A stretch of 64,000 nucleotides of DNA from Xenococcaceae cyanobacterium. GTDB lineage: Bacteria > Cyanobacteriota > Cyanobacteriia > Cyanobacteriales > Xenococcaceae. The stretch lies in assembly GCA_051439545.1 (NCBI GenBank), contig JBFRWK010000058.1, forward strand, positions 31,126 to 95,125, read 5' to 3'. The notes under the pieces are model-generated. The model did no database searches. It saw only the letters and a list, made by a program, of their open reading frames with translations, and was not told where the DNA came from. Made by a program: the position numbers and the translations under genes. The stretch's first letter is position 1. Every line of letters starts with the position of its first letter. Shown here one piece after another: positions 9,725-18,990 of this stretch.

Positions 9725-11824
9725 ATGGAGCAAGTAGGAAATTTTTCCAAACAGCAATTATTGCTCCAAGCTGTATTTGAACGCTCCTTTGAAGCAATTG
9801 TCATTGTCGATCGCGCTTTACGATTTGTGGAAGTTAATCCCTCGGCTTGTGAGTTATTTGGTTTGACCAAAGAAAAACTGATTGGTCGATCGATGACAGA
9901 CTTTTTTGTTTCTCCTTTACCGATGGAGGAGCAAGATATTACCAGAAGACAAATTAGAAATTCTCAAGGCACTATAAAAACTGTAGAGTATAGTCAAGTA
10001 AAAAATCTATTTTCTGAATACAATTTACTGGTTTTAAGAGACGTTACTAATCTTCAAAGAGAAGCAGAAGCAGAACTCAATCGCCAACACCAAAGAGTGC
10101 AGTTGTTTTCTGATGTTACCCTCAAAATTCGTCAATCGCTACAACTTAAAGAAATCTTGCATACTGCGGTTAAAGAAGTCCAAAGAATTCTTCAAGCCGA
10201 TCGAGTATTAATTTATCAGGTTTTTGCTAACGGGACTGGTATGCCAATTAGCGAGGCAGTTTTACCCGATTATGCTCCTATTTTGGGGGTAGAGTTTCCT
10301 GAAGAAGTTTTCCCTGAAGAATATCGAGAAATGTATGCAGGAGGAAGAGTTCAAGCGATCGCCGATGTCCATGATGCTGATGCGGGGTTAGCCGAATGTC
10401 TAGTTGAATTTATGGATGAGTGGATGGTAAAAGCCAAATTAGTAGTACCCATCCTGCAAAATCTCAAATCCCCAACTGAGGACACTCAATACTGCGATCG
10501 ATTATGGGGTTTGTTGATCGCCCATCAATGTGCCACCCCAAGAGAGTGGACTAATTTTGAATTGGAACTAATGGAACAGTTAGCCGATCAGATTGGTATA
10601 GCTTTATCTCAGGGGGAGTTACTAGAAAATTTAGAAGAATTAGTAGAGGAACGTACCACCAAATTAAGAGAAGCAAATCGTAATTTGCAACAAGAAATTA
10701 AGGATCGTCAGGAAGCAGAAGCAGCTTTACGTCGTAGCGAAGAACAGTTACGCTTAATTGCTAATGGACTGCCAGTATTGATTGCTTATGTAGATAAACA
10801 ACAGCGTTATCGTTTCAATAATGAAGTTTATCAAACTTGGTTGGGACTTAATCCCACTAAAATTTATAACCGTCATCTCGAAAAAGTCCACGGCGAGAAA
10901 GAATACCAGAAGATTCGCAAATATGTAGAGACAGCGTTATCAGGGAAGACAGTTAGATATGAAACCGATCGTGTTTTGCTGGATGGCTGTCTGCATTCTC
11001 TTAGCGTTACCTATATGCCTCATTTTAACGAACAGAATAAGGATATAGTACAAGGATTTTTTGCTCTCACCAGTGATATTAGCGATCGCAAGGCGATCGA
11101 AAGAATGAAAGATGAGTTTATTTCTGTTGTCAGTCACGAATTACGTACCCCTTTAACCTCAATTCACAGTTCTCTCAAAATTCTGGCAACGGGGAAACTA
11201 GGCAACCTTTCTAGCAAAGGGCAGCGAATGCTAAAGATCGCAGATGAACAAACCGAACGGTTAGTGCGTTTAGTAAATAATGTTCTCGATCTCCAGAGCA
11301 TTCAATCAGGCAAAATCGAGATGAATAAAACAGCCTGTAAAGCCACAGAATTAATGGTTGAAGCTACTCAAACCATGCAAACCATGGCCCAAGAACAAGG
11401 AGTTAAACTCTTAGCTGAGTCTGTGAATTTTATGGTCTGGGCAGATCCAGATTACATCGTTCAAACTCTTACCAATCTTTTGAGTAATGCGATTAAGTTT
11501 TCTCCTCCTGGTAGTACGGTATGGCTATCAGCCAGAAAAAAACATCAGGAAAAGTCGATTCCCTACATAATCTTTGAAGTTAAAGATCGAGGTCAAGGTA
11601 TTCCTGCCAATCAACTAGAAACTATCTTCGAGCGTTTTCAGCAAGTCGATTCTTCTGATTCTCGCAAAAAAGGCGGTACTGGTTTGGGGTTAGCTATTTG
11701 TCGTCAAATTATTGAAGAACACGGCGGAAAAATTTGGGCGGAAAGTCACTGGGGAAAAGGTAGCACTTTTTATTTCACCTTGCCAGCAGTTATCCAAAAA
11801 GGAGGCGATCGCTATGAACGATAA
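9725..11824 (+). CDS. PAS-GAF-PAS sensor histidine kinase
   Basis: PAS-like N-terminus, GAF ('DRVLIYQV..WGLLIAHQC'), coiled coil, second PAS. H-box 'VSHELRTPLTSI', N-box 'LSNAIKFSP', G-box 'GTGLGLAICRQII'. Confidence 0.85.
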   Translation: MEQVGNFSKQQLLLQAVFERSFEAIVIVDRALRFVEVNPSACELFGLTKEKLIGRSMTDFFVSPLPMEEQDITRRQIRNSQGTIKTVEYSQVKNLFSEYNLLVLRDVTNLQREAEAELNRQHQRVQLFSDVTLKIRQSLQLKEILHTAVKEVQRILQADRVLIYQVFANGTGMPISEAVLPDYAPILGVEFPEEVFPEEYREMYAGGRVQAIADVHDADAGLAECLVEFMDEWMVKAKLVVPILQNLKSPTEDTQYCDRLWGLLIAHQCATPREWTNFELELMEQLADQIGIALSQGELLENLEELVEERTTKLREANRNLQQEIKDRQEAEAALRRSEEQLRLIANGLPVLIAYVDKQQRYRFNNEVYQTWLGLNPTKIYNRHLEKVHGEKEYQKIRKYVETALSGKTVRYETDRVLLDGCLHSLSVTYMPHFNEQNKDIVQGFFALTSDISDRKAIERMKDEFISVVSHELRTPLTSIHSSLKILATGKLGNLSSKGQRMLKIADEQTERLVRLVNNVLDLQSIQSGKIEMNKTACKATELMVEATQTMQTMAQEQGVKLLAESVNFMVWADPDYIVQTLTNLLSNAIKFSPPGSTVWLSARKKHQEKSIPYIIFEVKDRGQGIPANQLETIFERFQQVDSSDSRKKGGTGLGLAICRQIIEEHGGKIWAESHWGKGSTFYFTLPAVIQKGGDRYER

Positions 11825-12194
11825 ACGCATCTTACTGATCGACGATGAAGAAGCTATTCAAGAAGTTGTACAAGTAGGCATCGAAATTGAAACTGGTTGG
11901 CAAGTAGCAATTGCCTCTTCTGGTTCAGAAGGAATTGCTAAAGCCGTCAGTCAACAACCCGATGCAATTCTTTTAGATGTGATGATGCCCGATCTCGACG
12001 GAATTTCTACCTTGTCTAAGCTAAAAGCTAATGTCAAAACTCAATCTATTCCTGTCATTTTTCTCACGGCTAAAACTCAAGCTGCGGATAAAAACTTGTT
12101 TCAAAGTTTAGGAGTTGTGGGCATAATTACTAAACCCTTTAACTCGATGACTTTAGCCAGTCGGATTGCCAAAATGCTTGAATGGAAAATATAG
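11814..12194 (+). CDS. single-domain (CheY-like) response regulator
   Basis: ATG at 11814 is preceded by 'aaaggagg' and overlaps the kinase stop. Receiver motifs 'ILLIDDEE', 'ILLDVMMPDLDG', 'FLTAK'. Confidence 0.8.
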   Translation: MNDKRILLIDDEEAIQEVVQVGIEIETGWQVAIASSGSEGIAKAVSQQPDAILLDVMMPDLDGISTLSKLKANVKTQSIPVIFLTAKTQAADKNLFQSLGVVGIITKPFNSMTLASRIAKMLEWKI

Positions 12195-12224
12195 ATGAGT
12201 AATGAGTAGTTAGTTTGGTTACGG

Positions 12225-14063
12225 ATGAGAATTTTATTAGTTGATGATGATGAAACTTTAATTGATGTACTTCCAAGAATGCTGGCAAAGCATAACTATG
12301 CTATCGATACGGTAACTGACGGGGAACAAGGATGGATTTATGGTTCAACCTATAATTACGATCTAATAATTTTAGACTGGTCTTTGCCCAAACTCGATGG
12401 TATTAGTTTATGTAAGCGTTTTCGCGCTCATGGCTTTGATACTCCCATCCTCTTGTTAACTGCTCGTAATACTAGCCAAGATAAAATTAGAGGACTGGAC
12501 GCGGGAGCAGATGATTATCTTTGTAAGCCTGTTGACGTAGAAGAGTTAGCAGCCCGTATCCGTGCTTTATTACGTCGCTTAAATTGCGATTTTCTGTCTG
12601 TTTTGAGTTGGGGAGAATTGAAACTAGATTCTGGTAATGGAGAAGTTACTTATCGGGGAAAATTACTATCTTTAACCGCCAAAGAATACAGATTATTAGA
12701 ACTATTTCTCCGTCACAGTCAGGAAGTTTTAAGTATTGAAGATATTATCGAACATCTCTGGTCATCCACAGAATATCCTGCCGAAGCAACAGTCCGTTCT
12801 CATCTCAGACGCTTGAGAAAAAAGTTACAATTAGCTGGTTTAGCTGAAGACCCCATTGACACTGTAAGGGGACGAGGCTATTGTTTAAAATCCCCCCCTC
12901 AGAATAATCAAACAGAGATACCACAAGAACGCCGAGAAAAGCATATAGAAGCTTTAACTACAGCTTGGACAAAATACCAATCTAAATCTCAACAGCAATT
13001 AATCACTTTAGAAACAGCGATCGAAGCTTTGAAGCAAGATAAGCTAGAAACAAGCGATCGCTTATCGGCAATCGTTACTGCTCATAGTTTAGCAGGGAAT
13101 CTGGGCTTGTTTGGTTTTGAGCAAGGTTCGGGGTTGGCAAGAAAAATAGAACAATTACTGCAAGGGGAACAAAATCTCCAAAAATTATGGCAATTAGAAA
13201 CGACTTTTAGTAATTTACGTCAAGAACTAACTAAGAAAAGTAATATTTCTCAGCAGATATCTTATCAATTAGAAAAACATTCTCCTCTAATTTTAATTAT
13301 TGATGATGACCCAATCTTCACCGAACAACTAGTCCAAGAAGCCGATATTTTAGGATTTAGAACCGCGATCGCACCATCTCCAGAATTAGCTAAACTTTGG
13401 CTAGAAGAACGCTCGGCAAACAACCTTCCTAATCTAGTTCTTCTCAGAATATCCTTTGCAGAATCTACTAATCCTCTATCTCGATGGAACAGTTTGTCTT
13501 TAATTGCGGAATTCAAATTAATAGAGCCATCTGTACCAGTTATCGTAATTGCCGATCGCGATCGCTTTCAAGATAGACTCCAAGTAGCCAGACATGGAGG
13601 TTATTTTTATCTGCAACAACCGATAACCCCCCTACAAACTCTTACTTTTTGCCAACAAGTTTTACGGGATTTTTCTCTCGGTAAAAAAGTAATGATCGTC
13701 GATGATGATGTAGAGTTATTAAGGGTTTTACCTGCTCTGCTAGAACCTTGGGGATTTCAAGTTACTACCCTAGAAGATTCTCGACAATTTTGGGATGTAT
13801 TGCAAGCTGTAGACCCCAATTTATTAGTACTAGATATTGAAATGCCTTACCTCAGTGGTATCGAATTATGTAAGGTACTCAGGACTCATCCTTACTGGTG
13901 TAAATTACCCGTTTTATTTCTGAGTATTCATACAGATATAGCTATTCGGGAACAAGTTTTTGCCACTGGTGCTGACGATTTTATTTATAAACCAGTCGTA
14001 GCTAAACGCCTTGCCGATCGCATTATTAATTGTTTGGGAAGGCGCAAGACTATTTCCTTTTGA
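12225..14063 (+). CDS. multidomain response regulator: REC - OmpR-type wHTH - HPt-like - degenerate REC - REC
   Basis: 'ILLVDDDE..IILDWSLPKLDG' (REC). 'LTAKEYRLLELFL..TVRGRGYCL' (Trans_reg_C). 'AHSLAGNLGLFGF' (HPt-like His). 'ILIIDDDP..LVLLRISF' (receiver-like, no Asp at the acceptor position). 'VMIVDDDV..LLVLDIEMPYLSG' (REC). Confidence 0.75.
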   Translation: MRILLVDDDETLIDVLPRMLAKHNYAIDTVTDGEQGWIYGSTYNYDLIILDWSLPKLDGISLCKRFRAHGFDTPILLLTARNTSQDKIRGLDAGADDYLCKPVDVEELAARIRALLRRLNCDFLSVLSWGELKLDSGNGEVTYRGKLLSLTAKEYRLLELFLRHSQEVLSIEDIIEHLWSSTEYPAEATVRSHLRRLRKKLQLAGLAEDPIDTVRGRGYCLKSPPQNNQTEIPQERREKHIEALTTAWTKYQSKSQQQLITLETAIEALKQDKLETSDRLSAIVTAHSLAGNLGLFGFEQGSGLARKIEQLLQGEQNLQKLWQLETTFSNLRQELTKKSNISQQISYQLEKHSPLILIIDDDPIFTEQLVQEADILGFRTAIAPSPELAKLWLEERSANNLPNLVLLRISFAESTNPLSRWNSLSLIAEFKLIEPSVPVIVIADRDRFQDRLQVARHGGYFYLQQPITPLQTLTFCQQVLRDFSLGKKVMIVDDDVELLRVLPALLEPWGFQVTTLEDSRQFWDVLQAVDPNLLVLDIEMPYLSGIELCKVLRTHPYWCKLPVLFLSIHTDIAIREQVFATGADDFIYKPVVAKRLADRIINCLGRRKTISF

Positions 14064-14133
14064 CTAGGATATATCGATCGCGAAGATGACGATCGAAGAG
14101 ATCGCGCCCTCAAATCTTCTCAAACTAGATAAT

Positions 14134-14901
14134 TTATGAAGTTTTAACAAAGCGGATAATTTCCCTAACGTGACCCAGAAATTGACTGTCTTCATTCAAT
14201 TGGGCGATCGCGTTTTTCGCTTCTCTGGATAATTGTTCGTGTGCGACTTTATTTTTAGCTTCAAACTCTTCTAGTAATGCTTTTAAACGGGCTAACTGAT
14301 GGCGATTTTCTTGAGATTGTTGCTGTTGTTTACTAACTAAAGAATCGGGATTTGCAGTATCTAGTCGGTTTTCTAAATTTTCGATCGCTATCTCTAGAGT
14401 TTTCACTCTATTTCTAAGTTCGATAGCGTCTTCGCGGGGATATTTAATTTCTTTTTTAATGCTTGATAATTTTGCAGTTAGATATTGATAACCGCGAATT
14501 GCTGGACGCAAAATTGTTAGTAATAAAGTCAAACCCGAACTAACATAACCCACATTACTAATACCAGTAGCAGCTAGTAAATAAAGAGCCATAGCCGAAA
14601 TAAAATGGAGAGCGATCGCGCCTAAAATCGACCAACGGGCTACCTTTTGGACATATTTTACTTGTTTTCGCTCGATTTCTAAACCTTTTTCTTGGGATAC
14701 TTGAGCCTCGGTAAGTGTTTCGCGGGCATCAAAATAGATATTCCAGGGAATAGTAACAATAACTAATAGCCACCAAAAACTAGCAATTCCAATTAACCAG
14801 TCAATTAAACTACCTGCGGAGATATTCAACCATTGCACGATTCCTCCTACAATTAATAGCAAAATACTTAAGCCAATACTGAAGCCAACATATCTAAACA
14901 T
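14134..14901 (-). CDS. membrane protein with C-terminal coiled coil, function unknown
   Basis: Four hydrophobic helices in the first ~135 aa, then a heptad-like charged region ('LEIAIENLENRLD..LARLKALLEEFEAKNK'). Confidence 0.5.
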   Translation of the reverse strand: MFRYVGFSIGLSILLLIVGGIVQWLNISAGSLIDWLIGIASFWWLLVIVTIPWNIYFDARETLTEAQVSQEKGLEIERKQVKYVQKVARWSILGAIALHFISAMALYLLAATGISNVGYVSSGLTLLLTILRPAIRGYQYLTAKLSSIKKEIKYPREDAIELRNRVKTLEIAIENLENRLDTANPDSLVSKQQQQSQENRHQLARLKALLEEFEAKNKVAHEQLSREAKNAIAQLNEDSQFLGHVREIIRFVKTS

Positions 14902-15043
14902 TTTTTAAGATCGGAGTATTTTTCCTGTCTTTTAATTGTCTAGAAATGATGAATTAATTTGGCATAATGCTGTGACGATTTGTTTGGTTGCATAACACAA
15001 TGATGTCGGTCTAATAATAAAGAGCGTTGTTTTTTCCTCATAA

Positions 15044-15703
15044 TTATTGAAGTAATTGATTTATCAACTCAACAACACCATCTCCGCAGCTTTCATTCAT
15101 AACCAAATCAGAAACTTCTTTGAGTAGGGGTAAAGCGTTAGCAACAGATACGGACAAACCGCATAAGTTTAACAAAGGTAGATCGTTTTCTCCATCTCCC
15201 ACTGCTACTACTTCATCGGGGGATAAGTCCATTTTACTCAGAGCAGTTCTCAATCCCCTATCTTTATCAACACCTTCTGGCAGCAGCATTACTGCCCCTT
15301 TGTTGTAACTAATCTGCCAAGCCAAATCTAATTCTTGTATGACTTCAGTCACCGTTGTATCGTGAGGCACATGAGTAGAAACAATTCCCTGTCCCACATT
15401 CAGGGGATTTACTTGTCGCTGTTGTAGGGCAAAGATGAGAGTATCGGGAGGAGCATCACCGAGTAAAATTGTCTCACCTGTCGTTGGAAATGAAAGTAAC
15501 GCTCCATTTTCGGCAACAATACAGTCAAAAGATTTAGCTTCTGGGAATACAGCATAGAGACTGTCAAGTCGTCTTCCAGTAACCAAAATTAGCGATCGCC
15601 CTGTTTGCTGCCAGCTATTAAGTGCTGAATAGGTAGTTTCTGTAACTAGTCCTTCTATTGCTATAGTTCCATCGTAATCGGTTGCTAGTGCTTTGTATAA
15701 CAT
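15044..15703 (-). CDS. HAD-superfamily (Cof/IIB-like) phosphatase
   Basis: Motif I 'ATDYDGTIA', motif II 'LVTGR', motif IV 'VGDGENDLPLL'. Confidence 0.7.
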   Translation of the reverse strand: MLYKALATDYDGTIAIEGLVTETTYSALNSWQQTGRSLILVTGRRLDSLYAVFPEAKSFDCIVAENGALLSFPTTGETILLGDAPPDTLIFALQQRQVNPLNVGQGIVSTHVPHDTTVTEVIQELDLAWQISYNKGAVMLLPEGVDKDRGLRTALSKMDLSPDEVVAVGDGENDLPLLNLCGLSVSVANALPLLKEVSDLVMNESCGDGVVELINQLLQ

Positions 15704-16213
15704 GAGCGTAAATATCTGAATGTCATCTTCAAAGATACTAAAGTTGATTAGATTAATTCCAATTAAGAAGTGATAAAGAGGAAATTAAATTCAAATCGCC
15801 TCTATAAACAAAAAATCGAGCGTAATTCATCCGCTAAAATACGGAAAACCTTACTATTTACTGACGGTTATCCTCAACCTTTAATTGAGTCAAAAAAAGT
15901 CAAGCTTTTAAGTAGAGCAATAAGTTGTAACATCTTCACCACAAGTATCAACGAGAAAACAAAGTGCGCGAAATCGCAGTCCTACTAATTGCTCGTATAG
16001 AGGATTAAATTTACAGAGAGCAGGAATGCGAAAAATAACTCGTCCAAATATCTTTATTTCGCGATCGAAACTGTGAGATTGGAAGGAGGAATAGGAAGAA
16101 GATTGTTGTCTTTCCCTATTCCCAATCACTTTTTAGCCGATCGCGGAGGCGGGATACCTGCTTTTTTACATCCATTCGTTATTTTTTTGATGTTTGATCC
16201 TAACTGAAGAAAA

Positions 16214-16624
16214 ATGAATCCTGATTTTATCGATCGAGTTGTCGAGCTAATCAATTTTGAACGAACAGAAGCTAATTTAGATCCTTTGCAAATAGATAGT
16301 CAATTATCTCAGGCTGCCCAAGTACATACTGAAAGCATGGCTAGTGATGATTTCTTTAGTCATTATGGAATTGATAATTCTTCACCTTTCGAGCGTATTC
16401 AAGATACGGGCTATCAATATTCAACTGCTGCGGAAAATATTGCTGCTGGATATCAAACTCCAGAAACAGTTGTAGAAGCATGGATGGGTAGTGCGGGACA
16501 TCGTGCTAATATTCTCAATCCCGATCTGACTGAAATTGGTGTCGGTTATGAATATTTAGCTAATGATACTGGTTCTGTCAACTACAATAGCTACTGGACT
16601 ACTACGTTTGGAACTCCTGTATAA
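16214..16624 (+). CDS. CAP/SCP (YkwD-like) domain protein
   Basis: 'LINFERTEANLDPL', 'HTESMASDDFFSH', 'ENIAAGY', 'WMGSAGHRANIL' are typical CAP-domain motifs. No obvious signal peptide. Confidence 0.7.
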   Translation: MNPDFIDRVVELINFERTEANLDPLQIDSQLSQAAQVHTESMASDDFFSHYGIDNSSPFERIQDTGYQYSTAAENIAAGYQTPETVVEAWMGSAGHRANILNPDLTEIGVGYEYLANDTGSVNYNSYWTTTFGTPV

Positions 16625-16917
16625 TCGAGCTTCTTGCTATGGCTCGATCGATTTGTTTCTAACTAATTTCTGATTTTCTCTCGCCAGCTGTCTCGTGAAG
16701 CGAGGCACTGGGCGACTACTTTCGTAGCAGAAGGGCGCGATCGCTTTTTTCTAACTGATGACACGCCCTAGTTCGAGCGTAATTGGTGCTTGCCTCATAT
16801 TACAAGTATATCTTTATTGCTTAAAACAGTACTATTTTACCGCATTTGAGCGTAAAGCACCATCCTTCTTAGGGCGGTGATTGCTCTGCGAAGCGACAAC
16901 TATAACGGACGGTTCTG

Positions 16918-17673
16918 TTGTGGAGGAGGAAGTCAAATCCAGAAGATTTAAAGGAAACACAAACTAAAGATGGTAAGGGCGAATGTCTTTCGTCCCAATT
17001 AAATGGGTTAGACAGCCTATCAGAAATCAAAAAAGCCGAATTAGAAAACCACTGGCGTAATGCCATGCAGCAAGCAACAGTAATTGCCCGCACTACTAGT
17101 CAGGGAAGATTACCCGCAGGAATAGAGAGAGAATTAGGTGCATTAGACCGAACAAAATTAGACTGGCGTAGTTATTTATGGCGATATTTAGTTAAAACCC
17201 CTACTGATTATACAGAATTCGCTCGACGTTTTGTTGGCAGAGGATTATATCTGGAAACTTTACAGGGAGAATCTGTCAAAGTATATGTGGCGGTAGACAC
17301 TAGCGGATCGATTAATAACCAGCAATTAAAAATATTTTTAAATGAAGTCAAAGGTATTTTAAATTCTTACCCCCATATCGAATGCGAATTATATTATGCC
17401 GATGCGTATGTTTATGGTGCTTATGAATTAAATCTGGGTAGTGATATCCCTAAACCCCAAGGTGGTGGTGGAACTTCTTTTATTCCTTTCTTTGACAAGA
17501 TTGGAGAGCGTCATAATAGCATCACTACAGGGGTATGTGTCTATCTTACCGATGGTTATGGTAAATTTCCCGATTACATACCAAAATTACCAGTCTTATG
17601 GGTAGTCACGCCTGGTGGTTTAGATTTGTCTCGGTTTCCTTTCGGTGAAGCCATTAGATTGTTAATGGCATAG
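16918..17673 (+). CDS. VWA-like domain protein (DUF2201-type), apparently lacking the N-terminal metallopeptidase-like half
   Basis: 'VYVAVDTSGSI' MIDAS-like motif, 'GGGGTSF', 'VYLTDGYG'. The frame starts only at a TTG, and the usual ~150-aa upstream domain is not encoded in 16625-16917. Confidence 0.55.
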   Translation: MWRRKSNPEDLKETQTKDGKGECLSSQLNGLDSLSEIKKAELENHWRNAMQQATVIARTTSQGRLPAGIERELGALDRTKLDWRSYLWRYLVKTPTDYTEFARRFVGRGLYLETLQGESVKVYVAVDTSGSINNQQLKIFLNEVKGILNSYPHIECELYYADAYVYGAYELNLGSDIPKPQGGGGTSFIPFFDKIGERHNSITTGVCVYLTDGYGKFPDYIPKLPVLWVVTPGGLDLSRFPFGEAIRLLMA

Positions 17674-17698
17674 ATGGTAGAAACTCCAGAAATATTCA

Positions 17699-18325
17699 TC
17701 AAAGCCTAATTAGTCCCTTTCGCAATCCCAAGGTAACTGCTTCGGTGCGACTAGAGACATCGAGCTTAGAGAGAATCGAACTGATGTGAAATTTAACGGT
17801 ATGTTTAGATATATGAAGTCGTGAGGCGATCGCTTTATTATCCAAACCGACTCCTAACAACTGCAATACTTCTACTTCTCTAGAAGTTAGATAAATTGCC
17901 GAGGGAGATTCTGGAGTAATAGCAGGCTCGCTTTCCCCAAAAGATGCTAACTCTGGATGAATTACGATCAATCCAGCCATTACAGCATCGATCGTGGCAA
18001 TCATTTCCTCGGTATTAATTAGACGGGGTAAGAAAGCCTTAAAACCGAGACTGAGATATTCCCCCATTTCTTCAGTAGTTATTGAATCGCTTAACAAGAT
18101 TCCTGCCAGCTTGAAATCTACTGTTAACAGCCATCGCTCCAACCACCATAAATCTCGATCGAGCATTCGTTCTAATAGTAATAGATCGAAAGGGCGATCG
18201 CTCAAAGCTATTAAACTGGTTTCATCGATAAAACTCCCTACTATTTGTAAATCGGAGCGAGACAGGATGCTCATAATTCCAGCGATGGTAACTGAGTTAG
18301 AGTCATATACTGCAATCCTAATCAT
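17699..18325 (-). CDS. LuxR/NarL-type HTH regulator with atypical (Glu-for-Asp) receiver domain
   Basis: C-terminal 'LTSREVEVLQLLGVGLDNKAIASRLHISKHTVKFHISSILSKLDV'. The receiver-like N-terminus reads 'PFDLLLLERM' where the phospho-Asp is expected. The ATG overlaps the upstream stop (ATGA). Confidence 0.75.
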   Translation of the reverse strand: MIRIAVYDSNSVTIAGIMSILSRSDLQIVGSFIDETSLIALSDRPFDLLLLERMLDRDLWWLERWLLTVDFKLAGILLSDSITTEEMGEYLSLGFKAFLPRLINTEEMIATIDAVMAGLIVIHPELASFGESEPAITPESPSAIYLTSREVEVLQLLGVGLDNKAIASRLHISKHTVKFHISSILSKLDVSSRTEAVTLGLRKGLIRL

Positions 18326-18990
18326 CGAGAGATGGTTTTGATAAAATGTTCTACTCTTTGAGAGGGTATTGCCAAAGCCAAACCACCAAAAATTGCTACA
18401 TTAATCCCAATCACTTCACCACGAGCATTAGCTAAAATACCTCCAGAATTACCAGGAGCGAGACGAATATCGGCAACGATCGAACCATTGGGATAACCGA
18501 GATCGTCAGATGTTTTCTCTGTCCCATTAAGTTTAGTTTCTGCAAATTTCTGCCTAAGCGAGGCGTGGATAACCCCCATAGTTAAAGTCCCACTAAAACC
18601 GTAGGGATTACCCATTGCTAAAACTATTTCTCCTGGACGCAAAAGTTGAGAATTGCCGATGATAGGAGTAGGTAAGACCTCGCTTTTCTCAATTTTTAAT
18701 TGGATGGCAGCTAAATCGGCATGGGGGTCACTGGCAATTACCGACCCTTCGATAACTCTACCATTTTCTAGTTTTACCGAGAGGGGCGATCGAGTTTCCC
18801 AATTTTGCCCAATTGAGGTTTTGACTGGCGACTTCGACCTCCCCACCACATGAGAATTGGTTACTACCAAGCCTTTACTCGACCAAATTACCCCCGAACC
18901 TCCAGTATAGCGATCGCTAATTTCCACGGTCGAGCTTCTCAATTTTTGGGAAATTACTACTAATTCAGATTCTATATTACTAACGCTCAT
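18322..18990 (-). CDS. PDZ-less trypsin-fold (S1C/HtrA-like) serine protease
   Basis: Triad contexts are intact: 'VVTNSHVVG', 'HADLAAIQL', 'APGNSGGILAN'. ATG at 18990 is preferred; the ORF track uses TTG at 19011. Confidence 0.75.
   Translation of the reverse strand: MSVSNIESELVVISQKLRSSTVEISDRYTGGSGVIWSSKGLVVTNSHVVGRSKSPVKTSIGQNWETRSPLSVKLENGRVIEGSVIASDPHADLAAIQLKIEKSEVLPTPIIGNSQLLRPGEIVLAMGNPYGFSGTLTMGVIHASLRQKFAETKLNGTEKTSDDLGYPNGSIVADIRLAPGNSGGILANARGEVIGINVAIFGGLALAIPSQRVEHFIKTISR

Noticed and set aside
11712-11813. Longer 5' extension of the CheY-like response regulator ORF
   Set aside because: The extension lies within the 3' end of the kinase CDS in another frame. ATG 11814 has an AAAGGAGG box and gives a canonical receiver N-terminus.
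15770-16129. Two overlapping small ORFs (72 and 73 aa) in the HAD/CAP intergenic gap
   Set aside because: There are no motifs, no RBS and mutually exclusive frames. The region may contain a decayed gene, but I cannot support a call.
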